From assembly GCA_023205875.1 (NCBI GenBank), contig CP060755.1, positions 124,001 to 188,000 of the forward strand: a stretch of DNA of 64,000 bases, written 5' to 3'. Each line of letters starts with the position of its first letter. Position 1 is the stretch's first letter. The notes beneath the pieces were generated by a model. It did no database searches. It was not told the origin of the DNA and saw only the letters and a program-made list of their open reading frames with translations. Positions 19,931 to 30,865 of the stretch are shown piece by piece. The translations under genes and the position numbers were made by a program. The stretch is from Chloropicon primus. Lineage: Eukaryota.

Positions 19931-22900
19931 ATGGTGGGTCAAGCGAGGCTGGGAAGCAAGGCGTACCTCCTGCAACTGCTGGCTGCCTTGGTTTGGGCGT
20001 GTCTTGTAATCAGGGTAGTCAGTGCAACGGACGATTGCACGACTGACCATGGGAATGGAAGGGAAAGGAAACTCCCCAAGTATACGGTCTCCTTCTTGAC
20101 GCATGACGGGCAGTTCTACCTCGCCGCCGAGGAGGGGGCTCCCACGGGGTACAAGTTGGTCGCGACCTCGTCTGTTATCCACGGGACAAGGGAGTCTGAG
20201 ACGTTCACGATGTTTGATTTGAACGGAGGAGCTCTGAACAGCGACGACGACGTGAACCTGGCACTCGTGTCCGCGTCTGGGTGCTACTGGCAAGCCGAGA
20301 ATGGTGGGAACGGGGACATCGTTACCAGCAAGGACTACGACGCACCTTATGAAATATTTCGCATCGTCAGGCAAGGCGGGGACGGGGAGATCAAAAACGG
20401 GGATAAGGTGTACCTGAAGACCAACAAGGGGTACTTTGTGATGGCCCACGGCCACGGTGGAGGTCAGGTGACAGCATCAAGGGAGGAGGTGACTGAAGAG
20501 CACGACGAGGAGGAGCAGTTCACGCTGGTGATTCACTCAATTGAGTGGCCAAATGATTCTGGGTACCTGAGCTACGAGTTCGGATTCTATGGAGTCACTT
20601 ACAGTGGCTTGATAGAGATTCCATCACCCAGCCCTCCTTCGCCATCGCCTTCGCCGTCACCTTCCCCATCCCCGTCACCTTCCCCATCCCCGTCGCCTTC
20701 ACCGTCCCCAGCACCTCCACCAGCAACAACAACTGCGGAGTGTGCGAGTGATTATGAGAATGGGAAGTACAGGGCTGTTCCCAAGTATACGGTCTCCTTC
20801 ATAACGGATGACGGACAACACTACCTGGCTGCCGAAGATGGGAACCCGTATAAAATGGTGGCCACATCGCCTGTGGCCTACGGAGCAGGGGAGCCTGAGA
20901 CGTTCACGATGTTTGATTTGAACGGAGGAACTCTGAACAGCGACGACGACGTGAACCTGGCGCTCGTGCCAGTGTCTGGGTGCTACTGGCAAGCCGAGAA
21001 TGGTGGGAACGGGGACATCGTTTCCAGCAAGGAATACACCGACCCTCATGAAATCTTCCACATCGCCAGGCAAGGCGGGGACGGGGAGATCAAAGATGGG
21101 GATAAGGTGTACCTGAAGACCAACAAGGGGTACTTTGTGATGGCCCACGGCCGTGGTGGAGGTCAGGTGACAGCAAAGGGGGACGACGCTTCCTTTGGGG
21201 GCGGAGAAGACCAGTTCACACTGGTGATTCACTCAGTGGAGTGGCCTGATTCTGGGTACCTGAGCTACGAGTTTGGATTCTATGGTGTGACTTACAGTGG
21301 CTTGATAGACCTTCCATCACCACCTCCAGCTTCACCACCAACGCCGACGCCACCTTCACCAACGCCGACGCCACCTTCACCAACGCCGACGCCACATCCG
21401 CCACCTCCACCACCTCCACCACCTCCACCTGCAGCACCGGTTCCATCGCCATCACCAGAACCATCGCCAGAGCCATCACCAGAACCATCGCCATCGCCAG
21501 AGCCAAGCCCATCTCCTGCACCAGCACCAGCTCCCGCGCCGGCAGAGGGAACAGGAAGTGGCGAGCGTAGATTTGGTGGAGTCGCGTATGATCCGTACCT
21601 CGTGAGCTGCCGGGTGTTTGTGGACGCCTTTCCACCTGTGGACTTGAGCGACATCACAAACGCGTACGGGGCGTACATAATCAACTTGAATGGGAACGAG
21701 ATTGAAGTTGGGAAGCTGAAGTTGCAACCAGCAGCACAAAGCGGGGAAGCACAGGTGCAAGAGGGATCGAGCATTTGTCACGATTCCATCACAAAGCTCA
21801 GGTTTACCGTTCCATTGGAAGCGCCTGTAGGTTCAGAGGTCGTGTCCCCCCTAACAAGCTTAGTCTCTCACATGATGACGGGTGATTCGCGCACTGCTGC
21901 AGAGGCGCAGACCATCGTCAAGTACGCCCTGATGTTCGATGACCAATTGGATCTCTTGACGTACGACACGATGGATGCGCTTTACAGAGACGAAGCCTCG
22001 GCCTACAACGTGCTGAAGAAGACCTCTCAGGTTCTGAACATCGTGAACCAGTGCCAGGCGCTGTTCACGTCATCTTCTGTCGCTGAGGCGATGTTCCTGT
22101 CTCTGACAAAGGCGATGAGCAGACATTATGATTCGAGGTCCACGCAGAGGGGGCTGCTCCAAGCCACAGACTTGTTTGACCTCACCTCTCCTTCCTTTGT
22201 GTCGAACTTGTACAAGGACACGGCGACAGACATGGGACTGGCGGCCGACGGGGCGGCCGCGGAGGCCATGATTGAGGCAGTCGGCACCTCCGTTGCGAGC
22301 CTGAACAACGTTATCTCCGAAGCAAGTGGCTCCGCTGGAACTGATATTCTGAAGGAGGTCGCCAAGGTGGACATCATCCTTCAGACAGAGGTCAAGAGCC
22401 AGGTCACCAAGCTTGTCTCGGGCACGATCGACGTTGACCTGTTCAAGGACTCCACCACCGCCCAAGTCGTGACAAGCAAGGTTGCGGAGACCATCGTCCC
22501 TGTGAATGTTGAGGAGTACCTCGAGGCAAGCCATGCGTACATCGAGAGCTCTGGGGGCGAGGTTCCGGACCAGAGAGCAGCACCGGAGTCCTCGAGCTCT
22601 GGCGACGACCAGACGGGTGTGATCGCTGGGGCTGTCGGGGGCCTCAGTGCCGGGCTGATCGTGGCCGGGCTGCTCCTGTACAGGAGATCGAAGAGGAGGA
22701 GGCGCCAAGTGGTCATGACGGAGCAGAATCCAATGAAGGTCCGGAGTCACGAAGGAGTGGCAGGAAGACCAGGGGGTGCCTGTCCCGGACCTCTGAAATG
22801 CTGCTGGGGAGATGGAGGAGGGTCCTCCACAACAAGCCCAAGCGGGGGCTCCCTAGGAGGAAACCAATTGCTTTCGGGCATTTCCTATACCGGAGAATAT

Positions 22901-22993
22901 GGTCATGGCGGCGGAGCCTCGTCCTCGGCTGCCGGAGCTGGGCCCTCGTCCTCGGGGCAGAAGGTCATCGTGTCCCTCGAAGACGTGGAGTGA
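19931..22993 (+). CDS. Large type-I membrane surface protein: signal peptide, two fascin-like beta-trefoil domains, Ser/Pro-rich (HRGP-like) linkers, bacterial-type surface domain, TM helix
   Basis: 1020-aa intronless ORF; internal duplication; (SP)n and poly-P tracts; TM GVIAGAVGGLSAGLIVAGLLLY followed by RRSKRRRR. Confidence 0.85.
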   Translation: MVGQARLGSKAYLLQLLAALVWACLVIRVVSATDDCTTDHGNGRERKLPKYTVSFLTHDGQFYLAAEEGAPTGYKLVATSSVIHGTRESETFTMFDLNGGALNSDDDVNLALVSASGCYWQAENGGNGDIVTSKDYDAPYEIFRIVRQGGDGEIKNGDKVYLKTNKGYFVMAHGHGGGQVTASREEVTEEHDEEEQFTLVIHSIEWPNDSGYLSYEFGFYGVTYSGLIEIPSPSPPSPSPSPSPSPSPSPSPSPSPSPSPAPPPATTTAECASDYENGKYRAVPKYTVSFITDDGQHYLAAEDGNPYKMVATSPVAYGAGEPETFTMFDLNGGTLNSDDDVNLALVPVSGCYWQAENGGNGDIVSSKEYTDPHEIFHIARQGGDGEIKDGDKVYLKTNKGYFVMAHGRGGGQVTAKGDDASFGGGEDQFTLVIHSVEWPDSGYLSYEFGFYGVTYSGLIDLPSPPPASPPTPTPPSPTPTPPSPTPTPHPPPPPPPPPPPAAPVPSPSPEPSPEPSPEPSPSPEPSPSPAPAPAPAPAEGTGSGERRFGGVAYDPYLVSCRVFVDAFPPVDLSDITNAYGAYIINLNGNEIEVGKLKLQPAAQSGEAQVQEGSSICHDSITKLRFTVPLEAPVGSEVVSPLTSLVSHMMTGDSRTAAEAQTIVKYALMFDDQLDLLTYDTMDALYRDEASAYNVLKKTSQVLNIVNQCQALFTSSSVAEAMFLSLTKAMSRHYDSRSTQRGLLQATDLFDLTSPSFVSNLYKDTATDMGLAADGAAAEAMIEAVGTSVASLNNVISEASGSAGTDILKEVAKVDIILQTEVKSQVTKLVSGTIDVDLFKDSTTAQVVTSKVAETIVPVNVEEYLEASHAYIESSGGEVPDQRAAPESSSSGDDQTGVIAGAVGGLSAGLIVAGLLLYRRSKRRRRQVVMTEQNPMKVRSHEGVAGRPGGACPGPLKCCWGDGGGSSTTSPSGGSLGGNQLLSGISYTGEYGHGGGASSSAAGAGPSSSGQKVIVSLEDVE
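20030..21316 (+). repeat. Intragenic direct repeat, two ~580-bp units (about 20030-20623 and 20738-21316)
   Basis: Long identical nucleotide blocks in both copies, e.g. gagacgttcacgatgtttgatttgaacggagga, tgctactggcaagccgagaatggtgggaacggggacatcgtt, ggggataaggtgtacctgaagaccaacaaggggtactttgtgatggcccacggcc. Confidence 0.97.
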
Positions 22994-23042
22994 GTAAGTT
23001 GCAACAACAACAAACATGGGGTCACTTTTGGAAAAAACACAG

Positions 23043-23097
23043 CTTTTGTAGTATTTATAAACTCCCCTTTTGTAGTATTTATAAACTCCCCTTTTGT
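23043..23097. repeat. 24-bp tandem duplication (CTTTTGTAGTATTTATAAACTCCC, 2.3 copies) between convergent genes
   Basis: Exact copies at 23043-23066 and 23067-23090 plus a partial third. Confidence 0.95.
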
Positions 23098-23105
23098 TGC
23101 CGCTC

Positions 23106-23825
23106 TTATTTTCTCAGGCTCGGGAGAGTCCACCTTTGCTTCCCCTCCCTCCACGGCGCGGAGAGGTGGCTCGTGCTGCACGCCATCGCCATGGTCCACG
23201 GCTCGCCGATGGAGCCCCTAGTGAACTGGGTGACGCCGCCCAGGGGCCAAGGCTCCAGCTTGCTCTCCCCCTTCGCCCGCGCCAGGTCCAGGCCCTCGAA
23301 GCCCAAGCTCATCCCGACGCTGCACGGGGCGTGGGACACCAGAAGGACGTCCGACGGGAAGCACGAATCCGCGAGGATCCTGGCGACCCTCCCCGTCCGC
23401 TTCACGAGGTCCTCCTCCGTCTCGAAGGGCTGCGGCCTCACTATGCTCTCGTACTTTGGGTGGATCTCCGGGAACCTCTCGACCAGGTCCATCAGGGCGG
23501 GGGGCCTGTACGGCGGCCGGTCCCCGCCGCCGACCAGCTCCGGGCACTGCCACTCCGTGATCCCCTCCTCGACGTTGACCCTGCTCAGCCCGATGCCCCT
23601 GCACACGACGACGGCCGTGCGGAGCGCGCGCTTGAACGGGCTCGCGAAGATGTGCTTGACGGCCGCGGTCTCCCTGAGCAGGCGGGCGAGCTCCCTCGCC
23701 GCCTCGACGCCCTCGCCGGACAGGTCCATGTCGAACGGGCCCACCCCCTCCACCAGGGGCTCCTCCGGCAGGCCGTACCTCGCGATGTACACCGACTGCC
23801 TCCGCTCCTCCTCCGCGCTCCCCAT
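23106..23825 (-). CDS. Histidine phosphatase / phosphoglycerate mutase-family protein (RHG replaced by RYG)
   Basis: VYIARYG, LSGEGVEAA, IFASPFKRALRTA, VEEGITEW, LLVSHA. Confidence 0.85.
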   Translation of the reverse strand: MGSAEEERRQSVYIARYGLPEEPLVEGVGPFDMDLSGEGVEAARELARLLRETAAVKHIFASPFKRALRTAVVVCRGIGLSRVNVEEGITEWQCPELVGGGDRPPYRPPALMDLVERFPEIHPKYESIVRPQPFETEEDLVKRTGRVARILADSCFPSDVLLVSHAPCSVGMSLGFEGLDLARAKGESKLEPWPLGGVTQFTRGSIGEPWTMAMACSTSHLSAPWREGKQRWTLPSLRK

Positions 23826-23862
23826 CCTTTCCGTCCGTCAGAAGAAACTCTTGAAGAAACTG

Positions 23863-23923
23863 ACAGTGACAGTGACAGTGACAGTGACAGTAACAAACAA
23901 CAACAACAACAACAACAACAACA
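23863..23923. repeat. Compound microsatellite (ACAGTG)n-(AAC)n
   Basis: Directly visible upstream of the phosphatase-like gene. Confidence 0.9.
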
Positions 23924-24434
23924 AGGCTCCTCCTTGTCCGTTACTCTGGGCTCGGTCGCTCTCGCCTCTTGGCCGCGCGCCACATTACACCTGTTGTCTC
24001 CCCAATTACACCTGCTTCTCGTTCTGTTTTTTTTCAAACCAAGACAACCCGAGTTGTGTAGATTTTCCAGCTAAATCTGGAATTGCGCACGTGGCCTCGG
24101 CTCTGAGTCTCTGAGAGCTGAGGAGAGCGCGCCCGAGACAGAAAAGGGACGAGGCTTTTGGCTTTGGAGGAGCAAGCGACGAGGGACAAGGGCGAGGACG
24201 AAGACGAGGACGAGGGCATTTGAGAGCCAGGAGGGCGAGGGGTTTGGCTGTGTGTTGCGAGGCGACCGGGGTGCGAGGCGACCGGGGGAAGGGAAGGTGA
24301 CGACACGAGGACGACGAGGGAGTCTTTTTTGAACGGACGGACTCTTTCAGAGAGGGGGACTTGAGGGGGCGAACCGGACGACAGGAGGTTGTGTGGACGA
24401 CAGGAGCGCGAAGGGCCATTGGTGGACGGAAACC

Positions 24435-24938
<504 letters not shown>

Positions 24939-25179
24939 GCGCTGGATATCTTTAACTCGACTACGGAGACACCGAGGACCCAGGGGGGGAGCGAACCAAA
25001 AAAATGTAAACTATCGACAAATACTCTTGCTTATTTCCTAACCCCCCCACCCAAAAAAAAACAAAAACAATGTGGTGTGTAATTCAGAAAGAACAAAAAC
25101 CTTTTTGTAAGACTCCTCCTTCAGATACAATAGATACACGCTTTTACTTTTCCTCCTCGTCGCCCTGGTCCGGCCCGGC

Positions 25180-26070
25180 CTAGCCCTGCTGCTTCAGCTG
25201 GGCTTGCACCTCCAAGACCTGCTGCTTCTGGTCGGGGGGGAGCATCGCGATCTGCTCTGGGGTCATGCTGAGCAGCTGCTGCAAGAGCAGCTCCTGCTGC
25301 TGCTGCTCGAAGTTCTGCATGCCTCCCGGCCCCGCGGGCTGCATCCCCATCCCCATTCCCATGGGAGGCTGGGGCTGGTGCATTCCCATGGGGGGCTGGT
25401 GCATCATCTGGTTGCCGCCGTTCATCACGCCGGGGGCCGGGTAGGGTTGAGGAACGCCCGGCACGCCCATGCCCACCTGGCCTTGGCCCATCATGCCTCC
25501 CCCCTGGACCCCCTGCGTCTTTATGATTCCCAAGATGATCTGAGCCTGAAAGATGGCTTTGGTGAGGCCCGGGTTGTTGATCAGGAGCTGCCGAGCCTGC
25601 TGAGGGTTCTGGGCCACGAGAGCCTTTGTCTGCTCCAGGAGCTCCCAAAGCTCCTGCTTGCTCATGTCCGCCAAGACCTTCGCCACCTCGTCCCCCTTCT
25701 GGCCGCCGATCGACACAGCAGCGGCGCTCGCGGCCTCGATACCCACGCTCTGGCCCTGCCCCGCCCTCCCCAACCTCGCCGACCCGGTTCCCTCGGCCCC
25801 GCCCTTGGTTCCCTCGTCCGCGAAGTCGATCCTGAGGTTCCTGCCGCTCAGCTCCCTCCCGTCCAGGTTCCTCACAGCGCTGTCCGCCGTCATCACGTCG
25901 TAGAACTCGCAAAACCCGTACCCCTTGGGCTTCCCCGTCTCCCTGTCGCACACCAAGCGCAGGGACTTGACGGGACCCACCTCCGAAAGAAGCTTGACAA
26001 GCATGTCTTCCGTCACCTCGTAAAAGATGTTCCCGACGAAGACCGTCGAGCATGGCTTTCTGTTCGACAT
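25180..26070 (-). CDS. CSTF64: Cleavage stimulation factor 64 (RRM, hinge, C-terminal domain)
   Basis: VFVGNI...DRETGKPKGYGFCEF...AVRNLDG; hinge NPQQARQLLINNPGLTKAIFQAQIILG; C-terminal LSMTPEQIAMLPPDQKQQV. Confidence 0.93.
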   Translation of the reverse strand: MSNRKPCSTVFVGNIFYEVTEDMLVKLLSEVGPVKSLRLVCDRETGKPKGYGFCEFYDVMTADSAVRNLDGRELSGRNLRIDFADEGTKGGAEGTGSARLGRAGQGQSVGIEAASAAAVSIGGQKGDEVAKVLADMSKQELWELLEQTKALVAQNPQQARQLLINNPGLTKAIFQAQIILGIIKTQGVQGGGMMGQGQVGMGVPGVPQPYPAPGVMNGGNQMMHQPPMGMHQPQPPMGMGMGMQPAGPGGMQNFEQQQQELLLQQLLSMTPEQIAMLPPDQKQQVLEVQAQLKQQG

Positions 26071-26376
26071 GGTCACGAACGATGTGGTGATCCCAACGCC
26101 TGGTTCGCCTCCTTCCCTTCCGCAGCCGCGCGCGCACCCAAACCTCTTCACTCACCACCGCCTCGCCAAGCCTGGGCTTTTTGTTTGGAGGAAATTTTGC
26201 TGCTGCTGCTGGGTCGACGACGACGACGACGACGACGAGTGATGAGGGAGGGGCGCGTAATGTGGAAGGCAAGGGGGCGGATCGGAACAGCATTGGTGTC
26301 CGCAAAATTCTAAAAAGACTCGAAGGTTTCAAGCTCAATACATTTTATTTTATTTTATCGATCTTAGTATCTCTGC

Positions 26377-26881
26377 CTAGTATTGGAGGTTGTCTCCCCC
26401 GACCTTGCACTTCTGCATGGCGTCGAAGTAGTACTGGCACATGGTCATCTCTCCGTTGTTCGCCTGCATGCAGTCCACGAAGGCCTTCTGCTGAGCTCCG
26501 CACACCTCGGGGGCTCCGCTCGGGGTCTGGGCCTGGTGGTCGTCGGAACCGCCGGAGAAGGAACGCACCGCGCCGTGGATAGCCTCGTGGGCGACAGCCG
26601 ATCCCGTTCCGAGCGCGAAACCCTGGAAGAGGAAAGACGCAAGGGGGCCTGTCAGTCACTGCGACGCGCACTCCACGACACCGGAGCCTATCGAAACAAC
26701 AACAATAAAGCTCGTGGGGCTAACAACCTACCTGCATCATGGTTCCGAGGAAACCACCTCCGCCTCCCTGCCTCTGTGGCACAGCTGGCGGCGGCGCCTG
26801 GCTCGCCTTGGCGGGCGCCTTGCCTCCGAAGAGGCCCCCGCCTCCCCTCTTTCTCGCACCTCCTCCTCTGCTTCGTGGCAT
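26377..26881 (-). CDS. Mitochondrial twin CX9C protein, CHCHD2/CHCHD10/Mix17-like (exons 26881-26732, 26622-26377)
   Basis: MPRSRGG...GGGGFLGTMMQ | GFALGTGSAVAHEAIHGA...CGAQQKAFVDC...CQYYFDAMQKC. Confidence 0.9.
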
Positions 26882-27079
26882 GCTACCCCTCTCTTCCTCT
26901 TTGGTCGACACGTCGAGCAAAAAAATGAATTTCCCTTCTTCCCAACGATTGCTTCGCTGGCCTCGCTCTCTTGGAGGAGAGGAGAGGGGGGGGAGAGGAG
27001 AGACATCCATGGCTTTGGTGGGTGATTTGGCTGCAATGTGGTTGTAATGTACAGAGATTTAGGCTTGTAGGTAGGTGCT

Positions 27080-28508
27080 TTACTGCTTCTTCTTGCCCTT
27101 CTTGCCCTTCTTGCTCGGCTTTGCCGCGGCCTGGGCCGCCCTGGTTTTGTAGGAGCGGTACAAGGCCTGAATCTTGGTGGCCGCCCGGTTGAAACGTTCA
27201 ACCTCGTCAGGGTCTTGCTCGAAGTTCATGAAGTTCTTCTTCTCCTTATTGGCCAGCTCGTCCTTGTACTTCTTTTCTAATTCCTTGAGCTTCACGGCGT
27301 CACGTTGGTGGTTCAGCTTGAGGATCTCTATCTCTTTCTCCTTCGCAGCCGTGTCGTTCTCGTGCTTCTGCATCCAGTTCAAGGCCTCCTCCTGCATGAA
27401 CGAGTGTTTCCTTTGCAGGAAGTCCACGTTGTCCTCGTGCACCTTCTTCTCGATCTCAACCCTCGTTCTCAAGTGTCGGATGTCCTCCTTCAAGTCCTCG
27501 AGGCTGGCTTGCTGCAGCCTCTTCTCGGTCCTGTTCTGTGCATCCATCTCTCTCTCGTTGTACGCGTTGTCGACAGAGGCCTGGGTCTTGATCTCTTTCA
27601 GGGTCTCCTTGAGCTCGGCGAGGGCCTTCTTCCTCTCGCTGATCTCCTGCTCGTGCTTCTCCCTCTCTTCGGTGATCTGAGCCTTCAGCTCCCTAACCGC
27701 CAGAGAGGCCGCCTTCTCCCGATTGATGATGTGCTCCGTAACCCTTTGCCTCTTCTCGTCCTCCGCCACCTCCTCGGACAGAGCGCTGATGGAGTTTGAG
27801 GTCACAAGCTGGGAGAGGCAAAGAGACAAGAGCTGCTGAATGCTTTGCCTCTCCGCGTCCACCTTGGCCATGTTGTCCAAAACGTTTGGATTATCTTTCA
27901 GGTTTCTGCTTAGGAGCTGAGAGGCCTTACGGAGCTTCTCTGTCACCGCAAACAGCTTCTCCTGGTTGTCCTTCACCTTGATCTTGTTCCCCGTGTTCTT
28001 GAGCCCCGCTCGCTCCAGGATCAAGACCTTGAACTCCTTCTCCAAGTCCTGCTGCTCTTGGATGACCCTTATGATTTCAACGCCAATGGCCTGGGAGAGC
28101 TCATATCCCTGCACCTCTGGGTCGATTGTGATGGAACCGACCAGCGCAAGCTTCTCCGACGCCTCTTGGAAGACATTGTAAATCTGTAAAGAAAGAAAGA
28201 AGAGGCAAGAGTCAGTTCCCGTCCCGCGACTTGGCTACTAGCCTCCCGGCTTCGACTCGCAACAAAACTTTTTTAGGGAACAACGGGAATTTGAGGGTTT
28301 GACTCTCCAAGACATTCGTGGCGCTTCACTCTCGCTCGCATCCAGCAGACGGCAGCCCCCCCGCTCAGGACGAACGAGCGAGGCTTCCTTCTTGTGCCCT
28401 TCTGGTACTCACGTGTGCAGCGTCGAGTGGAGACTCGAACTGAATGGTTTCAGCAACATATTCCCTCTTATGCTGCTCCTCCGCTTCTTCTGCAAGCGCT
28501 TCCACCAT
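27080..28508 (-). CDS. DRC9: Dynein regulatory complex subunit 9 / IQCG-like (exons 28508-28413, 28183-27080)
   Basis: Long coiled coil, LSRNLKDNP, C-terminal IQ motif AATKIQALYRSYKTR and a KKGKKGKKK tail. Confidence 0.8.
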
Positions 28509-28870
28509 GTTTTCACAAGGCAGTCCTTTCCGTGTAAGCTACTTCAAGGGGTAAGGCAAACGCCACAACCAGGGCGCCAACTGCGTGTCCTTTCTTCCTG
28601 TTATTGTCCGCCCCGCTCTCTCACTCCGTCCCTGTCCTCCCTGGGTGAGTCAACGACGACCTTGGGTTGTCCTTAAATCGTCGTACAGTGAAATGGAAAT
28701 GTGGGAATGAAGGGGAAGGGGGAGGAGGGGGAAGGGAGGGGGGAAGGGAAGGGTCCCCGCCTTGCTCCAGATGCAGGCAGGACGGGACGGACATGAATGA
28801 GAATCCTAGGATGATTCACATCGAAACAAAATATAACAATCGAAAGGTGATTGGGAAATGACCAAAAAAA

Positions 28871-30657
28871 TCAACCGTAGCCGCGAGGGAGGTTGGTGCG
28901 CCACGACGGGACTCCGAGGTGAGTCACGTTTCTTATGTAGTTTACAGAGCCGGAGTCAGATGGACCGCCAGATGCCGTCTTCCTGTGGCTTTGTGACGCC
29001 GTAGGCTTGAGGAGCCTTGCCGGATTCCTTTCGGCGTGCACTTGGAAGGTCGAGGCAATCTTTTTCTTCCTTTCCTCGATCTCCCTCCTCTCCAACTCCT
29101 CCCGCATGCACAGGTCTTTCCTCTGCTGAAGAAAGATTTTGTCCCTCTCCCACAAGTAGCGAAGGTCTTCGTTCGACACCTTCTTCTTCTCCTTGTGCTC
29201 CCTCTCTGCCCTTTCCTGCAATTTGATCAGCTCTGCTTCGATCCTCTTCTTCTTTTGGTACTCGCGAAGCATGGAAGCGGCCTGCTCCCTCTTCACTTTT
29301 TCCCTGATTTTCTCTCGCTCCTTCGATCTAGCGGCTTGCCTCTCCTTCCTCCGGCGCTCTTCCTCCTTCTGAACCTTCTTCTCCGTCTTCCACTGTGCCA
29401 ACTCCTTGCGCTTCCTCTCATCATCGGCCCTCTTGGCCGCCAGCTTTTCTTGTAGCTCCCTTTGGGACACCTCCACCTCGGTGTTCGTGAAGTCGTTTTT
29501 CCTGCGACCCCAGGTGTCGAGCGCGTCAGTTTGCATGCAGAAACGTGTCGGGTCGAGGCGCTGCCAGAAAGAAAGGGGCCTCGAAAAAGACCTGCTTACC
29601 TCTTCTTCTTTTCGACTTGTTTCTGAATATTTTTCCTCTCTCTCCACGCCTGGATGGCCTGCCTCCTTCGCCTCACAAGATTCTTGTGCTCGGAATCCCA
29701 CTTGCAGTGGCTGACAATTTCCTCCCTCGTGAGGTGTGGCATCTGAGCCAGGCAAAGGGACAGGACCCTTGTGTAACTCTGCCCGCATCGCTGGAACAGC
29801 CTCATGAAGTCCCTGTGATCCTCTTCGGTCCACCCACCCGTCTGTCCATACACCTTCGTGAACTCCTCAAACTCGATGACTTCGGGCAAAAGATCGCCCC
29901 TCGAGACTCTGAGGTGGCTGCCAGGATCATCTCTGCTTCCCTTCTTCCTCGCGGCCACGGGGTTATCACCGCCTCTCGTTTGGGGCTCTGCCGACGGGTT
30001 CGAGCTCGACTCCCAGGCTGCACCCTCTATCCTCCGCTGGAAGGCCTCGATCTCGCGGGACAGGAGCTCCTCCACGCGCCCAAGCCGTTCGTAGTCCTGG
30101 GGACAGAAGCAGCGGCGGAAAGTTAGTACAAGAAGAAGGAGGCGCGGGGACTGGGCGACTCACCTGATTCTGCTGCACCTTGAGAGACTCGATTTCCGTC
30201 TCGCAGGTGTCCATTTGGGTCGCGAGGGCGGAGATGTACATCTCGCTCGTCGCGGGCGTGGAGAGCAAGTTCTGCAGGTACCGGACCGACGACCTGACCC
30301 TCCCCAGGCCGTCGTCTACGACCTCTTTCAGCTTCGCGAACTCCGACTTGTCTGCCACGGTCGTGAGCTGCTGGAACTCGTGGTTGCTCTGAGACATCTT
30401 GTTCCTCAGGGAGTCAAGCCCCAGTCTCAAGTGCCTCTCCACGTACACCTGCCCCGGTAAGAAAGAAACACACGTCAGCCCCCTAAGCATTCGTGTCGTC
30501 CAAGGCACACACGCACACTCACCTGCTTTTGCTTCAGGTTGGAAACTTCCTCGAACCACTCTTCCTTGGAGATGGCTTTCTCTTCCTCTTCCTCTTCCTG
30601 TTCTGGCGTCCGAGCGGGAGCCGCCGCGGATCTCTCCCCCCACGCTTCCTTCACCAT
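28871..30657 (-). CDS. CCDC112-like coiled-coil protein (exons 30657-30523, 30448-30164, 30096-29600, 29501-28871)
   Basis: Three GT-AG introns restore the frame; GQTGGWTEEDHRDF and C-terminal ERNPARLLKPT...VPSWR motifs resemble CCDC112. Confidence 0.7.
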
Positions 30658-30865
30658 GGCCGGCATACCGCCCTGACTTGAGGACAAAGTGAAGGGAAAG
30701 TGCTCGGAGTGCCTCGCCTTCTCTCTTTCTCTTTCGTTCTGTCCTTCCCGAAATTCAAAGACTTCAAGTCCCCGCGGGAGAATACGATTTTTGGTACAGA
30801 CGGAAGTGAAGATGACTTATTATATAGGATTAAAAAGGAAGCAATTAGAATAAATAGGAAATAAA

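Noticed and set aside
20621..21545. CCATCG/CCACCT-type repeats as satellite or telomeric DNA
   Set aside because: They are in-frame Ser/Pro codons of the surface protein.
23043..23097. 24-bp repeat as a CRISPR array or target-site duplication
   Set aside because: Copies are directly adjacent with no spacer or intervening element; a simple slippage duplication.
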